This document shows positions 9,408 to 18,349 of a stretch of 27,526 nt of DNA, one piece after another. Origin of the DNA: Campylobacterota bacterium (GTDB lineage Bacteria > Campylobacterota > Campylobacteria > Campylobacterales > Sulfurovaceae). A program made the translations under genes and the position numbers. Location of the stretch: contig JBNJHJ010000001.1 of NCBI GenBank assembly GCA_051748365.1, positions 1 through 27,526 on the forward strand, in the 5' to 3' direction. The first letter of the stretch is position 1. Every line of letters begins with the position of its first letter. The notes beneath the pieces were generated by a model. That model was not told where the DNA came from. It searched no databases and saw nothing but the letters and a program-made list of their open reading frames with translations.

Positions 9408-9851
9408 ATGGAAAATATCAATCGAGAAGATTTTGAAGAAGTTGTAGTTGATATCGGCCGTGTTGTTAAGGTTGTAAAAGGTGGTAGAAACTTCCGATTT
9501 ACGGCTTTAGTAGTTGTGGGCGATAAAAACGGAACTGTAGGCTTTGGTACGGGAAAAGCAAAAGAGGTTCCCGATGCTATGAGAAAAGCTACGGATGAGG
9601 CGTATAAAAACTTAACAAAAGTTAACCTAAAAGGCACAACGATTGCTCACCATATCGAGCATAAGTTTTGTTCAAGTAAGATCATGATGAAACCTGCTAG
9701 TGAAGGTACGGGTGTGATTGCAGGTGGTGCTGCAAGACCGGTAATCGAACTTTCAGGGGTAAAAGATATCTTGACAAAATCTTTAGGTTCAAACAATCCA
9801 AACAATTTAGTTAGAGCGACATATGAAGCTTTAACAAGATTAAAGGGGTAG
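9408..9851 (+). CDS. rpsE: 30S ribosomal protein S5
   Basis: [18 protein letters not shown] and KSLGSNN motifs. ATG at 9408 preferred over TTG at 9405. Confidence 0.99.
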   Translation: MENINREDFEEVVVDIGRVVKVVKGGRNFRFTALVVVGDKNGTVGFGTGKAKEVPDAMRKATDEAYKNLTKVNLKGTTIAHHIEHKFCSSKIMMKPASEGTGVIAGGAARPVIELSGVKDILTKSLGSNNPNNLVRATYEALTRLKG

Positions 9852-9854
9852 GAA

Positions 9855-10256
9855 ATGTCACTACACAATTTACAGCCTGCACCCGGATCGACTCACGCAA
9901 AAAAAAGAGTAGGTCGAGGTCAGGGAAGTGGAATGGGTAAAACTTCCACTAGAGGACACAAAGGTCAAAAAGCAAGATCAGGTTACAAAGAAAAGATAGG
10001 ATTTGAGGGTGGACAGCAGCCAATCCAAAAAAGATTGCCTAAAGTAGGATTTACTTCTAAGCGTGTAAAACCTTATACTATCAATGTAATGAAACATAAA
10101 GCTATTTGTGAACTAGATGAGATTACGGTAGAATCGATCAAGTCTGTACATAACATTAAAGGTAGCTTTAGTAAGATCAAGCTTATCGGTGAGGGAGCAA
10201 AAGATTTAGCTTCAAAAATCAAAGATGACAACATCGTAACAAGCGGACAAAAATAA
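9855..10256 (+). CDS. rplO: 50S ribosomal protein L15
   Basis: [13 protein letters not shown] and FEGGQQP motifs. It follows rpsE directly, with no rpmD. Confidence 0.99.
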   Translation: MSLHNLQPAPGSTHAKKRVGRGQGSGMGKTSTRGHKGQKARSGYKEKIGFEGGQQPIQKRLPKVGFTSKRVKPYTINVMKHKAICELDEITVESIKSVHNIKGSFSKIKLIGEGAKDLASKIKDDNIVTSGQK

Positions 10257-11518
10257 TGAATAGTTCACTTACAACGAAGATCTTAATTACATTAGGATTT
10301 ATTTTTGCTTACAGAGTACTAGCCTATGTGCCGGTACCTGGGGTAGATGTAAGTGTCATTAAAGACTTTTTTGATAGTAATGCCGATAATGCATTGGGCT
10401 TAGCTAACATGTTTAGTGGAAATGCCGTAGAGAGGTTGAGTATCATCTCTTTAGGTATTATGCCCTACATTACCGCAGCTATTATTATGGAACTTTTATC
10501 TGCTACATTTCCCGCGCTTGGACAGATGAAAAAAGAGCGTGACGGGATGCAAAAATATATGCAGATCGTTCGGTATGCTACTATTGTAATTACAGTTGTG
10601 CAGGCTATCGGTGTATCGGTAGGACTACGTACACTCACGGGCTCATCAGGGCAACCGGCGATTATGATAGACCCCACAATGTTTGTACTGTTATCGGTTG
10701 TATCGATGACTGCAGGTACAATGCTTTTGATGTGGATCGGGGAACAGATTACGCAAAAAGGTATCGGAAACGGTATTAGTTTAATTATCTTTGCAGGTAT
10801 TGTTTCGGGAATTCCAAGTGCTATCGGCGGAAGTGTTTCATTGCTTAATAGTGGAGAGATCGGATTCCTTACACTAATTGGGATTGTTGCCGTTATTTTG
10901 CTTACTATCGGAGCTATTATCTATGTTGAACTAGGTGAAAGAAGAATCCCCGTCAGCTATCAGAAAAAAGCGATGATGGATAATCAAAATAAACGTGTAA
11001 TGAACTATGTACCTATTAAGGTCAACTTAGCCGGAGTTATTCCACCGATATTTGCTAGTGCTATCTTGATGTTTCCAATGACGGTATTACAAGCAAGCGA
11101 TAATGAGATGATTAAAGTTATTGCAGACTGGTTAAATCCAAACGGATATTTCTTTAATGTGTTGATGTTTGTATTTGTTATCTTTTTTGCATACTTTTAT
11201 GCGTCAATCGTATTTAGCCCAAAAGATATTGCAACTAATCTCAAAAAGCAGGGTGGTTTTATTCCCGGTATTCGAACCGGTGATACAACGACGAAGTTTA
11301 TCGAGCAGGTTGCGAGTAGATTGACACTTTTTGGAGCTATCTATTTAGCGATCATTTCAACTTTACCTTGGATTTTAGTAAAAGGTATGGGTGTTCCTTT
11401 TTATTTTGGAGGAACGGCAGTACTTATTGTCGTACAGGTTGCGCTTGATACCATGCGAAAAGTAGAAGCCCAAATGTATATGAAAAAATATGAAACTATG
11501 GGATCGGTTGGTTTATAA
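10256..11518 (+). CDS. secY: Preprotein translocase subunit SecY
   Basis: SLGIMPYITA, GIGNGISLIIF, FIPGIR and GGTAVLIVVQV motifs; multiple TM segments. Confidence 0.99.
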   Translation: MNSSLTTKILITLGFIFAYRVLAYVPVPGVDVSVIKDFFDSNADNALGLANMFSGNAVERLSIISLGIMPYITAAIIMELLSATFPALGQMKKERDGMQKYMQIVRYATIVITVVQAIGVSVGLRTLTGSSGQPAIMIDPTMFVLLSVVSMTAGTMLLMWIGEQITQKGIGNGISLIIFAGIVSGIPSAIGGSVSLLNSGEIGFLTLIGIVAVILLTIGAIIYVELGERRIPVSYQKKAMMDNQNKRVMNYVPIKVNLAGVIPPIFASAILMFPMTVLQASDNEMIKVIADWLNPNGYFFNVLMFVFVIFFAYFYASIVFSPKDIATNLKKQGGFIPGIRTGDTTTKFIEQVASRLTLFGAIYLAIISTLPWILVKGMGVPFYFGGTAVLIVVQVALDTMRKVEAQMYMKKYETMGSVGL

Positions 11519-12291
11519 TGGCTATTTCATTAAAGAAAAAAGATGAGATAGAGAAACTTTATGCGGCAAATCAGATCGTTGGAAAAACACTTAACTACTT
11601 AAAAGAGATTATACAACCGGGTATGACACTAAAACAGATCGATAAACAGGGAGAAGAGTTTATCCGATCTTTCGGTGCTACTCCGTCGTTTAAGGGGTTA
11701 TACGGCTTTAGCGGGTCTGTATGCACCTCTGTAAACAGCGTTGTGATACACGGTATTCCTACAGATTATCAACTAAAAGACGGTGACATTATAGGTTTAG
11801 ATATTGGAACTAATCTAGATGGTTGGTTTGGGGATGCTGCAGTCACTATCGGTGTTGGAACGATCTCTAAAGAAAATGAAGCATTGATCAATTGTGCAAA
11901 AGATACACTCTATCACGCGATAGATTTTATCAAACCCGGACTTAGATTTAAAGAGTTAAGTGTGGAGATAGAACGATTTATCAATTCGCAAGGGTTTATC
12001 CCTTTAACAGGCTTTTGTGGCCACGGTATCGGACAAAAACCCCATGAAGAACCTGAAATACCCAACTATTTAGAGCACGGAACACCCAAAAGCGGTCCAA
12101 AAATAAAAAATGGAATGGTATTTTGTCTAGAGCCGATGATTTGTCAAAAGTTAGGTACTCCAAAGATTTTGGAAGATGAGTGGTCTGTTGTGAGTGAAGA
12201 CGGTTTAAATACCAGTCATTACGAGCATACGGTAGCAGTAGTAGATAATAAAGCAAAAATATTATCAGAGGTAGATGATGGCAAAAGATGA
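11518..12291 (+). CDS. map: Methionine aminopeptidase type I
   Basis: Metal ligands in LDIG, GDAA, GHGIG, LEPM and HYEHT; VIHGIP motif. Confidence 0.98.
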   Translation: MAISLKKKDEIEKLYAANQIVGKTLNYLKEIIQPGMTLKQIDKQGEEFIRSFGATPSFKGLYGFSGSVCTSVNSVVIHGIPTDYQLKDGDIIGLDIGTNLDGWFGDAAVTIGVGTISKENEALINCAKDTLYHAIDFIKPGLRFKELSVEIERFINSQGFIPLTGFCGHGIGQKPHEEPEIPNYLEHGTPKSGPKIKNGMVFCLEPMICQKLGTPKILEDEWSVVSEDGLNTSHYEHTVAVVDNKAKILSEVDDGKR

Positions 12292-12496
12292 TGTAATTGA
12301 GATAGATGGTGAAGTAATAGAAGCATTACCAAATGCGATGTTTAAGGTGAAGCTTGAAAATGGTCATACTATTTTAGCACACCTTTCAGGTAAGATGAGA
12401 ATGAACTATATCAAGATCTTACCTGCTGACACGGTTAAAATTGAGTTGACTCCATATAGTTTGGATAAGGGGCGAATTACCTTCCGATATAAGTAG
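12278..12496 (+). CDS. infA: Translation initiation factor IF-1
   Basis: [18 protein letters not shown] and SGKMRMNYI motifs. Start 12278 chosen from SD GAGG spacing; overlaps the end of map. Confidence 0.99.
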   Translation: MAKDDVIEIDGEVIEALPNAMFKVKLENGHTILAHLSGKMRMNYIKILPADTVKIELTPYSLDKGRITFRYK

Positions 12497-12517
12497 AAAG
12501 ATAAGATCTATCTACTT
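12491..12517 (+). terminator. Weak possible terminator hairpin after infA
   Basis: AAGTAGA (12491-12497) and TCTACTT (12511-12517) inverted repeat with an inner AGAT/ATCT pair; poor U-tract. Confidence 0.3.
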
Positions 12518-12551
12518 GCTTAAATTCAATAAAATTTAAGCTAAAAGAGGG

Positions 12552-12557
12552 TATAAT
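12552..12557 (+). promoter_or_regulatory. -10 box (TATAAT) of the alpha operon promoter
   Basis: Perfect TATAAT in the 206-bp infA-rpmJ gap with AT-rich upstream sequence; no canonical -35. Confidence 0.7.
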
Positions 12558-12563
12558 TCGCCT

Positions 12564-12702
12564 TCCCGATAAAGCTATGAGAAGAGTTTTTTAATAATTT
12601 AACACCGGTTATTAAAAAATTGGTTTGATAAAGTCTCAGATAACCTTCGGGTCGAGGTGTTAATTATGCTATGCGGTAAAGCCGTGTAAAAGGGAGAGTA
12701 CG
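12564..12702 (+). promoter_or_regulatory. Structured alpha-operon 5' leader (hairpin, loop pseudoknot, cUUCGg hairpin, uORF)
   Basis: 11-bp inverted repeat 12587-12597/12609-12619. The loop 8-mer 12599-12606 is complementary to 12656-12663. ACC-TTCG-GGT at 12643-12652. Confidence 0.5.
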
Positions 12703-12816
12703 ATGAAAGTTAGAGCTTCAGTAAAGAAGATGTGTGATGACTGTAAAGTGATCAAACGAAAAGGGATTGTAAGAGTAATCTGTAAAAACCCTAAACATAA
12801 ACAAAGACAAGGATAG
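12703..12816 (+). CDS. rpmJ: 50S ribosomal protein L36 (zinc-binding form); absent from the ORF track
   Basis: Translated by hand: [45 protein letters not shown] at 12691-12696. Confidence 0.99.
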   Translation: MKVRASVKKMCDDCKVIKRKGIVRVICKNPKHKQRQG

Positions 12817-12818
12817 AA

Positions 12819-13181
12819 ATGGCTAGGATAGCTGGTGTAGATTTACCAAAGAAAAAAAGAGTTGAGTATGCATTGACTTATATCTATGGTATAGGTCTGA
12901 CGACTTCTAGAAAGATTCTTGACGCTACGGGAATTGATTACAACAAACGAGTTCATGAACTGAGTGAAAGTGATGTTGCATCAATCAGAAATGAGATCCA
13001 AGACAGTTATATGGTTGAAGGTGACATGAGAAAAAAAGTAGCGATGGATATCAAAGCTTTGATGGCTCTAGGTAACTATAGAGGGTTAAGACACAGAAGA
13101 GGTCTTCCTGTAAGAGGTCAAAAAACAAAAACAAATGCAAGAACTCGAAAAGGTAAGAAAAAAACCGTTGGTTCGGCATAA
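12819..13181 (+). CDS. rpsM: 30S ribosomal protein S13
   Basis: [25 protein letters not shown] and TNARTRKG motifs. Confidence 0.99.
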   Translation: MARIAGVDLPKKKRVEYALTYIYGIGLTTSRKILDATGIDYNKRVHELSESDVASIRNEIQDSYMVEGDMRKKVAMDIKALMALGNYRGLRHRRGLPVRGQKTKTNARTRKGKKKTVGSA

Positions 13182-13250
13182 TTTGTAGACAGTACGGATT
13201 TGGGTGACTAAATTCTCATATATAAAAACAAAGATTATAAAAGGTTTTAG

Positions 13251-13640
13251 ATGGCTAAGGCGAGAAAAACAAAAAAAAGAGTTAAAAAGAATATAGCTCA
13301 GGGTGTTGTTTATGTTGCAGCAACATTTAACAATACCGTAATAACTGTTACCGACAATGCCGGAAATGTGATTGCATGGAGTAGTGCGGGACAGCTAGGG
13401 TTTAAAGGTAGCAAAAAATCAACACCTTTTGCAGCGCAAGAAGCGGTAGAAGATTGTATGAGCAAAGCTATGGAAAACGGAATTAAAGAGGTTGGAATTA
13501 AAGTTCAAGGACCGGGATCGGGTAGAGAAACTGCAGTTAAAGCAGTAGGAGCGATTGAGGGAATTAGAGTTACCTTCTTAAAAGATATCACGCCGCTACC
13601 ACACAATGGTTGTAGACCTCCAAAACGAAGAAGAGTATAA
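13251..13640 (+). CDS. rpsK: 30S ribosomal protein S11
   Basis: [15 protein letters not shown] and [13 protein letters not shown] motifs. Confidence 0.99.
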   Translation: MAKARKTKKRVKKNIAQGVVYVAATFNNTVITVTDNAGNVIAWSSAGQLGFKGSKKSTPFAAQEAVEDCMSKAMENGIKEVGIKVQGPGSGRETAVKAVGAIEGIRVTFLKDITPLPHNGCRPPKRRRV

Positions 13641-13649
13641 GGATTTTAA

Positions 13650-14276
13650 ATGGCTAGATATAGAGGACCGGTAGAAAAAATAGAAAGAAGACTTGGTGTT
13701 GATCTAGGTTTAAAGGGTGAGAGAAGATTAGCTGGAAAAGGCGCTCTTGAAAAAAGACCTTATGCTCCCGGACAACACGGACAAAGACGTACAAAAATTA
13801 GTGATTACGGATTACAGCTGCGTGAAAAGCAAAAAGCAAAGTATATGTATGGAATCAGTGAAAAACAGATGGTTCGTGCATACAAAGAAGCTGCAGCAAA
13901 CGAGGGTAATACCGGTAACATCATGATCCAACTCCTTGAGCGAAGACTTGATAATGTTGTATACAGAATGGGATTTGCATCAACGAGAAATTTTGCAAGA
14001 CAGATGACGACTCACGGACATGTACTAGTAGATGGAAAAAGAGTTGATATTCCTTCATATAGAGTAAAACCCGGACAAAAAGTGGAGATTAAAGAGAAAA
14101 GTAAGAGTAATCCACAGGTTGTTAGAGCGATGGAGTTAACAGCGCAAACCGGTATTGCAGACTGGGTAGATGTTGATAAAGATAAAGTATTCGGTATTTT
14201 TACAAGGATACCGGAAAGAGAAGAGATCTCAATTCCGGTAGAAGAAAGATTGATCGTAGAACTTTACTCTAAATAA
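13650..14276 (+). CDS. rpsD: 30S ribosomal protein S4
   Basis: [26 protein letters not shown] and ELYSK motifs. Confidence 0.99.
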   Translation: MARYRGPVEKIERRLGVDLGLKGERRLAGKGALEKRPYAPGQHGQRRTKISDYGLQLREKQKAKYMYGISEKQMVRAYKEAAANEGNTGNIMIQLLERRLDNVVYRMGFASTRNFARQMTTHGHVLVDGKRVDIPSYRVKPGQKVEIKEKSKSNPQVVRAMELTAQTGIADWVDVDKDKVFGIFTRIPEREEISIPVEERLIVELYSK

Positions 14277-14301
14277 TCTCTAAATTAAAAGGTGAAACCC
14301 A

Positions 14302-15300
14302 ATGAAAGCAATTAAAACATCACCGTATATACCGACGGAAGTTGACATAAAAGAAGACGGTAGCAACAGAGCTATCGTCGAAGCATATCCGTTTGAAGCC
14401 GGTTACGGCGTAACGGTTGCACACCCTCTTCGAAGATTAATTCTTGGAAGTAGTGTCGGGTATGCGGCAACTGCAGTTAAAATTGAAGGTGCAACGCACG
14501 AGTTTGATACAATTCGTGGGATGCACGAAGATATTGCAGTATTTATGCTCAACTTAAAAAATGTAAGATTTAAACTTAAAGACGGAAGCGACTCTGCACT
14601 TTTAGAGTATAGTTTTAACGGTCAAAGAGAGATTTGCGGGAGCGATTTAGAAAATGAATCAGTTGAAGTGGTAAATCCGGAGCACTTTTTAGCAAGCCTT
14701 AATGAAGACGGGCAGCTAAACTTTAGTGTCAAAGTTCACAAAGGTATGGGATATGTACCGAGTGAAGATATCCGTGATGAGTCGCTTAAAGATTATATCC
14801 CGATGGATGCATTTTTTACTCCGGTAAAAAGAGCAAACTATAAGATTGAGAATATGCTTGTAGAGGATAATCCAAATTATGAAAAGATCGTTTTTGAAAT
14901 TCAAACAGATGGACAGATCGATCCTACACAAGCTGTTGCTAACGCCTTAGAGGTGATGCATAAGCAGATGAGTGTGTTTGCAAATGTACTGGATGTAGAT
15001 ATTTCAAAAGCGAAAAATGATGCAGAGGTAGATGAAAAAGTTATCGACTTTTTAGCTAAACCTTTAGATGAGCTTGATCTTACGGTAAGAAGCTTTAACT
15101 GTTTAGACAAAGCAGAGATAAAATATATCGGTGAGCTTGTGATGATGAATGAAGCGGAGCTTAAAGATGTAAAAAATCTCGGTAAAAAATCGTTAGATGA
15201 GATCAAAGCGAGATTAGAAGATATCGGGTATCCTGTAGATGAGAGACTTGATGAAAATATACGAAAAACATTAGTCAAAAGACTAGAACAATTAAACTGA
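14302..15300 (+). CDS. rpoA: DNA-directed RNA polymerase subunit alpha
   Basis: PFEAGYG.T..HPLRR, DAFFTPV and the CTD motif LTVRSFNCL...[10 protein letters not shown]. Confidence 0.99.
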   Translation: MKAIKTSPYIPTEVDIKEDGSNRAIVEAYPFEAGYGVTVAHPLRRLILGSSVGYAATAVKIEGATHEFDTIRGMHEDIAVFMLNLKNVRFKLKDGSDSALLEYSFNGQREICGSDLENESVEVVNPEHFLASLNEDGQLNFSVKVHKGMGYVPSEDIRDESLKDYIPMDAFFTPVKRANYKIENMLVEDNPNYEKIVFEIQTDGQIDPTQAVANALEVMHKQMSVFANVLDVDISKAKNDAEVDEKVIDFLAKPLDELDLTVRSFNCLDKAEIKYIGELVMMNEAELKDVKNLGKKSLDEIKARLEDIGYPVDERLDENIRKTLVKRLEQLN

Positions 15301-15313
15301 TAAAGGATTTACA

Positions 15314-15664
15314 GTGAGACACAAGCACGGTTATAGAAAACTAAATCGTAAATCACAACATAGAGCAGCACTGCTGAAAAACTTGACAATATCTTTGATA
15401 AAGTACGGTAGAATCGAAACTACATTAGCAAAAGCTAAAGAGTTGCGAGGATACGCAGAAAAACTTATCACAAAAGCCGGCAAAGGTGACATGAATGCAC
15501 ATAGAGCAGCGTTTGCAGCACTACAAGACAAAGAGATGGCAAGCAAATTAGTAGAAGAGGTTGCTCCACAGTATGTTGAGAGAAACGGTGGATATACTAG
15601 AATTATTAAAACAAGACAAAGAAGAGGTGACGCTGCTCCTATGGCTATCATAGAGTTAGTGTAA
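15314..15664 (+). CDS. rplQ: 50S ribosomal protein L17
   Basis: GTG start; [20 protein letters not shown] and RRGDAAPMA motifs. Confidence 0.99.
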   Translation: MRHKHGYRKLNRKSQHRAALLKNLTISLIKYGRIETTLAKAKELRGYAEKLITKAGKGDMNAHRAAFAALQDKEMASKLVEEVAPQYVERNGGYTRIIKTRQRRGDAAPMAIIELV

Positions 15665-15693
15665 AACAGTTGAGGGATTTCCCTCATTGTTTT
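15665..15693 (+). terminator. Rho-independent terminator of the alpha operon
   Basis: Stem TGAGGG (15671-15676), loop ATTT, CCCTCA (15681-15686), then TTGTTTT. Confidence 0.8.
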
Positions 15694-15733
15694 ACCCCCA
15701 CCCCTTTAAATCGATACCAAAAAAAAGATAAAA

Positions 15734-16684
15734 ATGATGGATATTGATTATGAACAACTGCGATATTTAGTCAAAAATAAAGATTTTAAAGCGTTACAAT
15801 CATTTATTTCAAATACCTGTAAAACTCCTACAACTCAGCAATGTTTTCATTCCTATTTAATGCTTAGTGCGCATAATATTAAGCATCTTTCTAAAATAAA
15901 CCAACTTGAGTGCGATTGTATTATGCTAAACTTAGAAGACGGCGTGAGTCATGAGCAAAAACCTTTTGCATTACTTTTATCCCAAATTATCCTTCCTTCT
16001 GTCGATTCTCGTTACGCTGTGGTAGTACGTGTAAATCCATTAGATGAAGGTGGCATAGAGGAGATAAAATCACTAAACGCATTCAAGCCTGATGCAATTA
16101 GAGTTCCTAAGATTCAAACTGCACAAGATGTAGCATTAGCTTTAGAAATGATTGATGAAGGTATAGAATTACACCTTTCTATTGAGACAAAAGAGGCATT
16201 TCATAATCTCAATTCACTCATAATAGATAAGCGCGTTACAACCTGTTATTTGGGCATGATTGACTTGCTGGTATCTATGAATCTTCCTTATAATTTACTA
16301 ACATATAACAATGATATGGTGCGGTATTTAATTGTGGAGTTTTTATACAGATGCCGTGTTGCCGGCGTTAAACCCGTAGGCTTTACCTATCAGTATCACA
16401 CACAAAATGAGACCTTTAAGCGGTGGTGTGCATATGAACACTCTTTGGGATACGATGCAAAAAGCTGTATCTCTCCACAGCAGGTGGCGATAGCAAATAG
16501 TACCTACAAAGTCAGTGACGCAATGTACGAAAAAGCAAAAAAAATTGTTAAACTGTACGAGCAGCATCAAAAACTGGGGGTAGTAGGGTTTGATGCCAAG
16601 GAGTTAGGATTTATAGATGCACCTATCTATAAAGATGCTTTGAATACGATACGTCGCTATAGAGCATGCCTCAAGCTATCCTAA
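15734..16684 (+). CDS. HpcH/HpaI aldolase/citrate lyase beta-like (CitE family) acyl-CoA lyase, stand-alone
   Basis: Motifs LNLEDGV, VRVN, IET, G..DL, K.CI.P.Q and C-terminal FIDAP; no citD or citF nearby. Confidence 0.82.
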   Translation: MMDIDYEQLRYLVKNKDFKALQSFISNTCKTPTTQQCFHSYLMLSAHNIKHLSKINQLECDCIMLNLEDGVSHEQKPFALLLSQIILPSVDSRYAVVVRVNPLDEGGIEEIKSLNAFKPDAIRVPKIQTAQDVALALEMIDEGIELHLSIETKEAFHNLNSLIIDKRVTTCYLGMIDLLVSMNLPYNLLTYNNDMVRYLIVEFLYRCRVAGVKPVGFTYQYHTQNETFKRWCAYEHSLGYDAKSCISPQQVAIANSTYKVSDAMYEKAKKIVKLYEQHQKLGVVGFDAKELGFIDAPIYKDALNTIRRYRACLKLS

Positions 16685-17385
16685 AGATAGCTTGCAAACT
16701 CATCTTCCATTACCTTGGGATTTTTTTGTAATCCCTCCACAATGGATTTAGAAAACGAATCGGGATAGATTTCATAAAAATTTGACTCCATCGCTTCAAG
16801 GATATTTGCTACAACTGTTTGTGGCGCAGTTTTATCCATCGCTTGCCCCTCACTCATAGCCGTATCAATTGGTCCGGGAAGTGCTTCAAATACTTGGATC
16901 TCTCTTTCTTTCATGTGCGCACGCAACGCTTGGGTGAGTGAGTGTAAAGCCGCTTTTGAAGCACAGTATCTAGCCATAGCGGGAAGATTTAGCAGCGCTA
17001 AGATAGAAGTGATATTAACAATGGCTCCTTTAGGGTTTATCTTGCTTTGCATTAAATTTGTAAAATCCATTGTCGCTCTTACATTGATGTCAAACTCGCT
17101 CCAATCATTTGAAAATACGTTTTGTCCGGTATTCACCCCTGCATTATTGATCAAGATATCGATTCGCTCAACCGATGCTGCAGCTTCTGTGCGTGAATCA
17201 TTGTCACTTAGATCAAGCGGTATCTTTTGCACTATCTCAAGCTTGTCAAATTTTTTAAGCTTTGCTATATCTCTAGCGGTTGCATAGATTACAGCAGGCT
17301 CTTTTTGTGCGATTTGATGTACAAGTTCACTGCCTAAACCACCGTTAGACCCCGTTATAAAAACCACTTTATTTTTAAAATCCAT
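16681..17385 (-). CDS. Short-chain dehydrogenase/reductase (classical SDR)
   Basis: TGSNGGLG, NNAG, catalytic Ser in ITS and YCASK; SD AAAGGA 6 nt upstream. Confidence 0.92.
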   Translation of the reverse strand: MDFKNKVVFITGSNGGLGSELVHQIAQKEPAVIYATARDIAKLKKFDKLEIVQKIPLDLSDNDSRTEAAASVERIDILINNAGVNTGQNVFSNDWSEFDINVRATMDFTNLMQSKINPKGAIVNITSILALLNLPAMARYCASKAALHSLTQALRAHMKEREIQVFEALPGPIDTAMSEGQAMDKTAPQTVVANILEAMESNFYEIYPDSFSKSIVEGLQKNPKVMEDEFASYL

Positions 17386-17395
17386 TCATAATCCT

Positions 17396-18346
17396 TTAAT
17401 AGATATATCCAATTTCACGAAGACTTTTTCGTATTGTACTCATCTGTTTGTTATTGTCTCTACACCATACAGGCGCGATAAGACTCTCATCATCAAATCC
17501 TGCACTCACGCGCTGTACGACAATGTCACGGGGTTTGATGGTGATCGCTTTTTGTAGTACTTCTATATAATCTTCCATCGAAATGGGTTCAAACTCTTTT
17601 GCATGTAATTCTCTAGCAAGTTTTGTATTTTTAACAACATAGAGCGGATGGAATTTTACGCTGTCGATACCAAGGTCATAACTAGCTCTCGTACTTTGTA
17701 GCATCATCTGCTTATCTTCACCGGGAAGACCGTAAATCAGGTGTCCGCACACTTTTAAGCCATACTCTTTTGTTTTTGTAATCCACTTTTTTACGTTAGC
17801 ATAGTCATGCCCACGATTAATTTTCTCTAGAGTTTGATCAAAGATCGATTGTATCCCGTACTCTACCCATATCTCATTTTTTCTATTGAGTTTTTGCAAA
17901 TATGTAAGAATATCTTCATTCATGCAATCCGTTCGTGTACCGATACTTAATCCTACTACATCATGATAATCCAGTGCCTGCTCATAGAGTGCTTGCAACG
18001 TTTCAAGCGGAGCATAAGAGTTTGTAAAAGATTGAAAATAAACAATAAACTTTTTGGCGCCGTATTTCTCTTTGAGCTTTCTCTTTGTCGTTATAAACTG
18101 CTGATGCAACTCATTGAGATGTTTTTGCAATTGTGGATTTGGTCGATCAGGGTGCAGGTATGTTTTTTTCTTAGAAGCATCGATATTTGGGCTAAATGAG
18201 TCATTAAGGCAAAAGGTACAGCCCCCTTTTGTCACTGTTCCATCGATGTTGGGGCAGGTAAATCCCGAGATACTGATTGGGATTTTATATACCTTTGTGT
18301 GATACTTTCTATGTAAGTATCGCCCGAATGTTAAAACTTTTTCCAT
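17396..18346 (-). CDS. TIGR01212 family radical SAM protein (YhcC/YtqA-like)
   Basis: GFTCPNIDG...GGCTFC (C-x11-C-x2-C), YFQSFTNSY, GLSIGTRTDC, VEYGIQS and HLIYGLPGE motifs. Confidence 0.9.
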   Translation of the reverse strand: MEKVLTFGRYLHRKYHTKVYKIPISISGFTCPNIDGTVTKGGCTFCLNDSFSPNIDASKKKTYLHPDRPNPQLQKHLNELHQQFITTKRKLKEKYGAKKFIVYFQSFTNSYAPLETLQALYEQALDYHDVVGLSIGTRTDCMNEDILTYLQKLNRKNEIWVEYGIQSIFDQTLEKINRGHDYANVKKWITKTKEYGLKVCGHLIYGLPGEDKQMMLQSTRASYDLGIDSVKFHPLYVVKNTKLARELHAKEFEPISMEDYIEVLQKAITIKPRDIVVQRVSAGFDDESLIAPVWCRDNNKQMSTIRKSLREIGYIY

Positions 18347-18349
18347 AAA

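Noticed and set aside
12577-12594. Mini-ORF MRRVF* in the alpha leader
   Set aside because: No SD upstream and only five codons; likely chance, unlike the SD-bearing uORF at 12666.
15694-15726. C-rich run (CCCCCACCCC) and A8 run upstream of the citE-like gene as phase-variation tracts
   Set aside because: The C run is interrupted and short. Campylobacterota contingency loci are typically uninterrupted G/C tracts of about 8 or more, and none was seen in the window.
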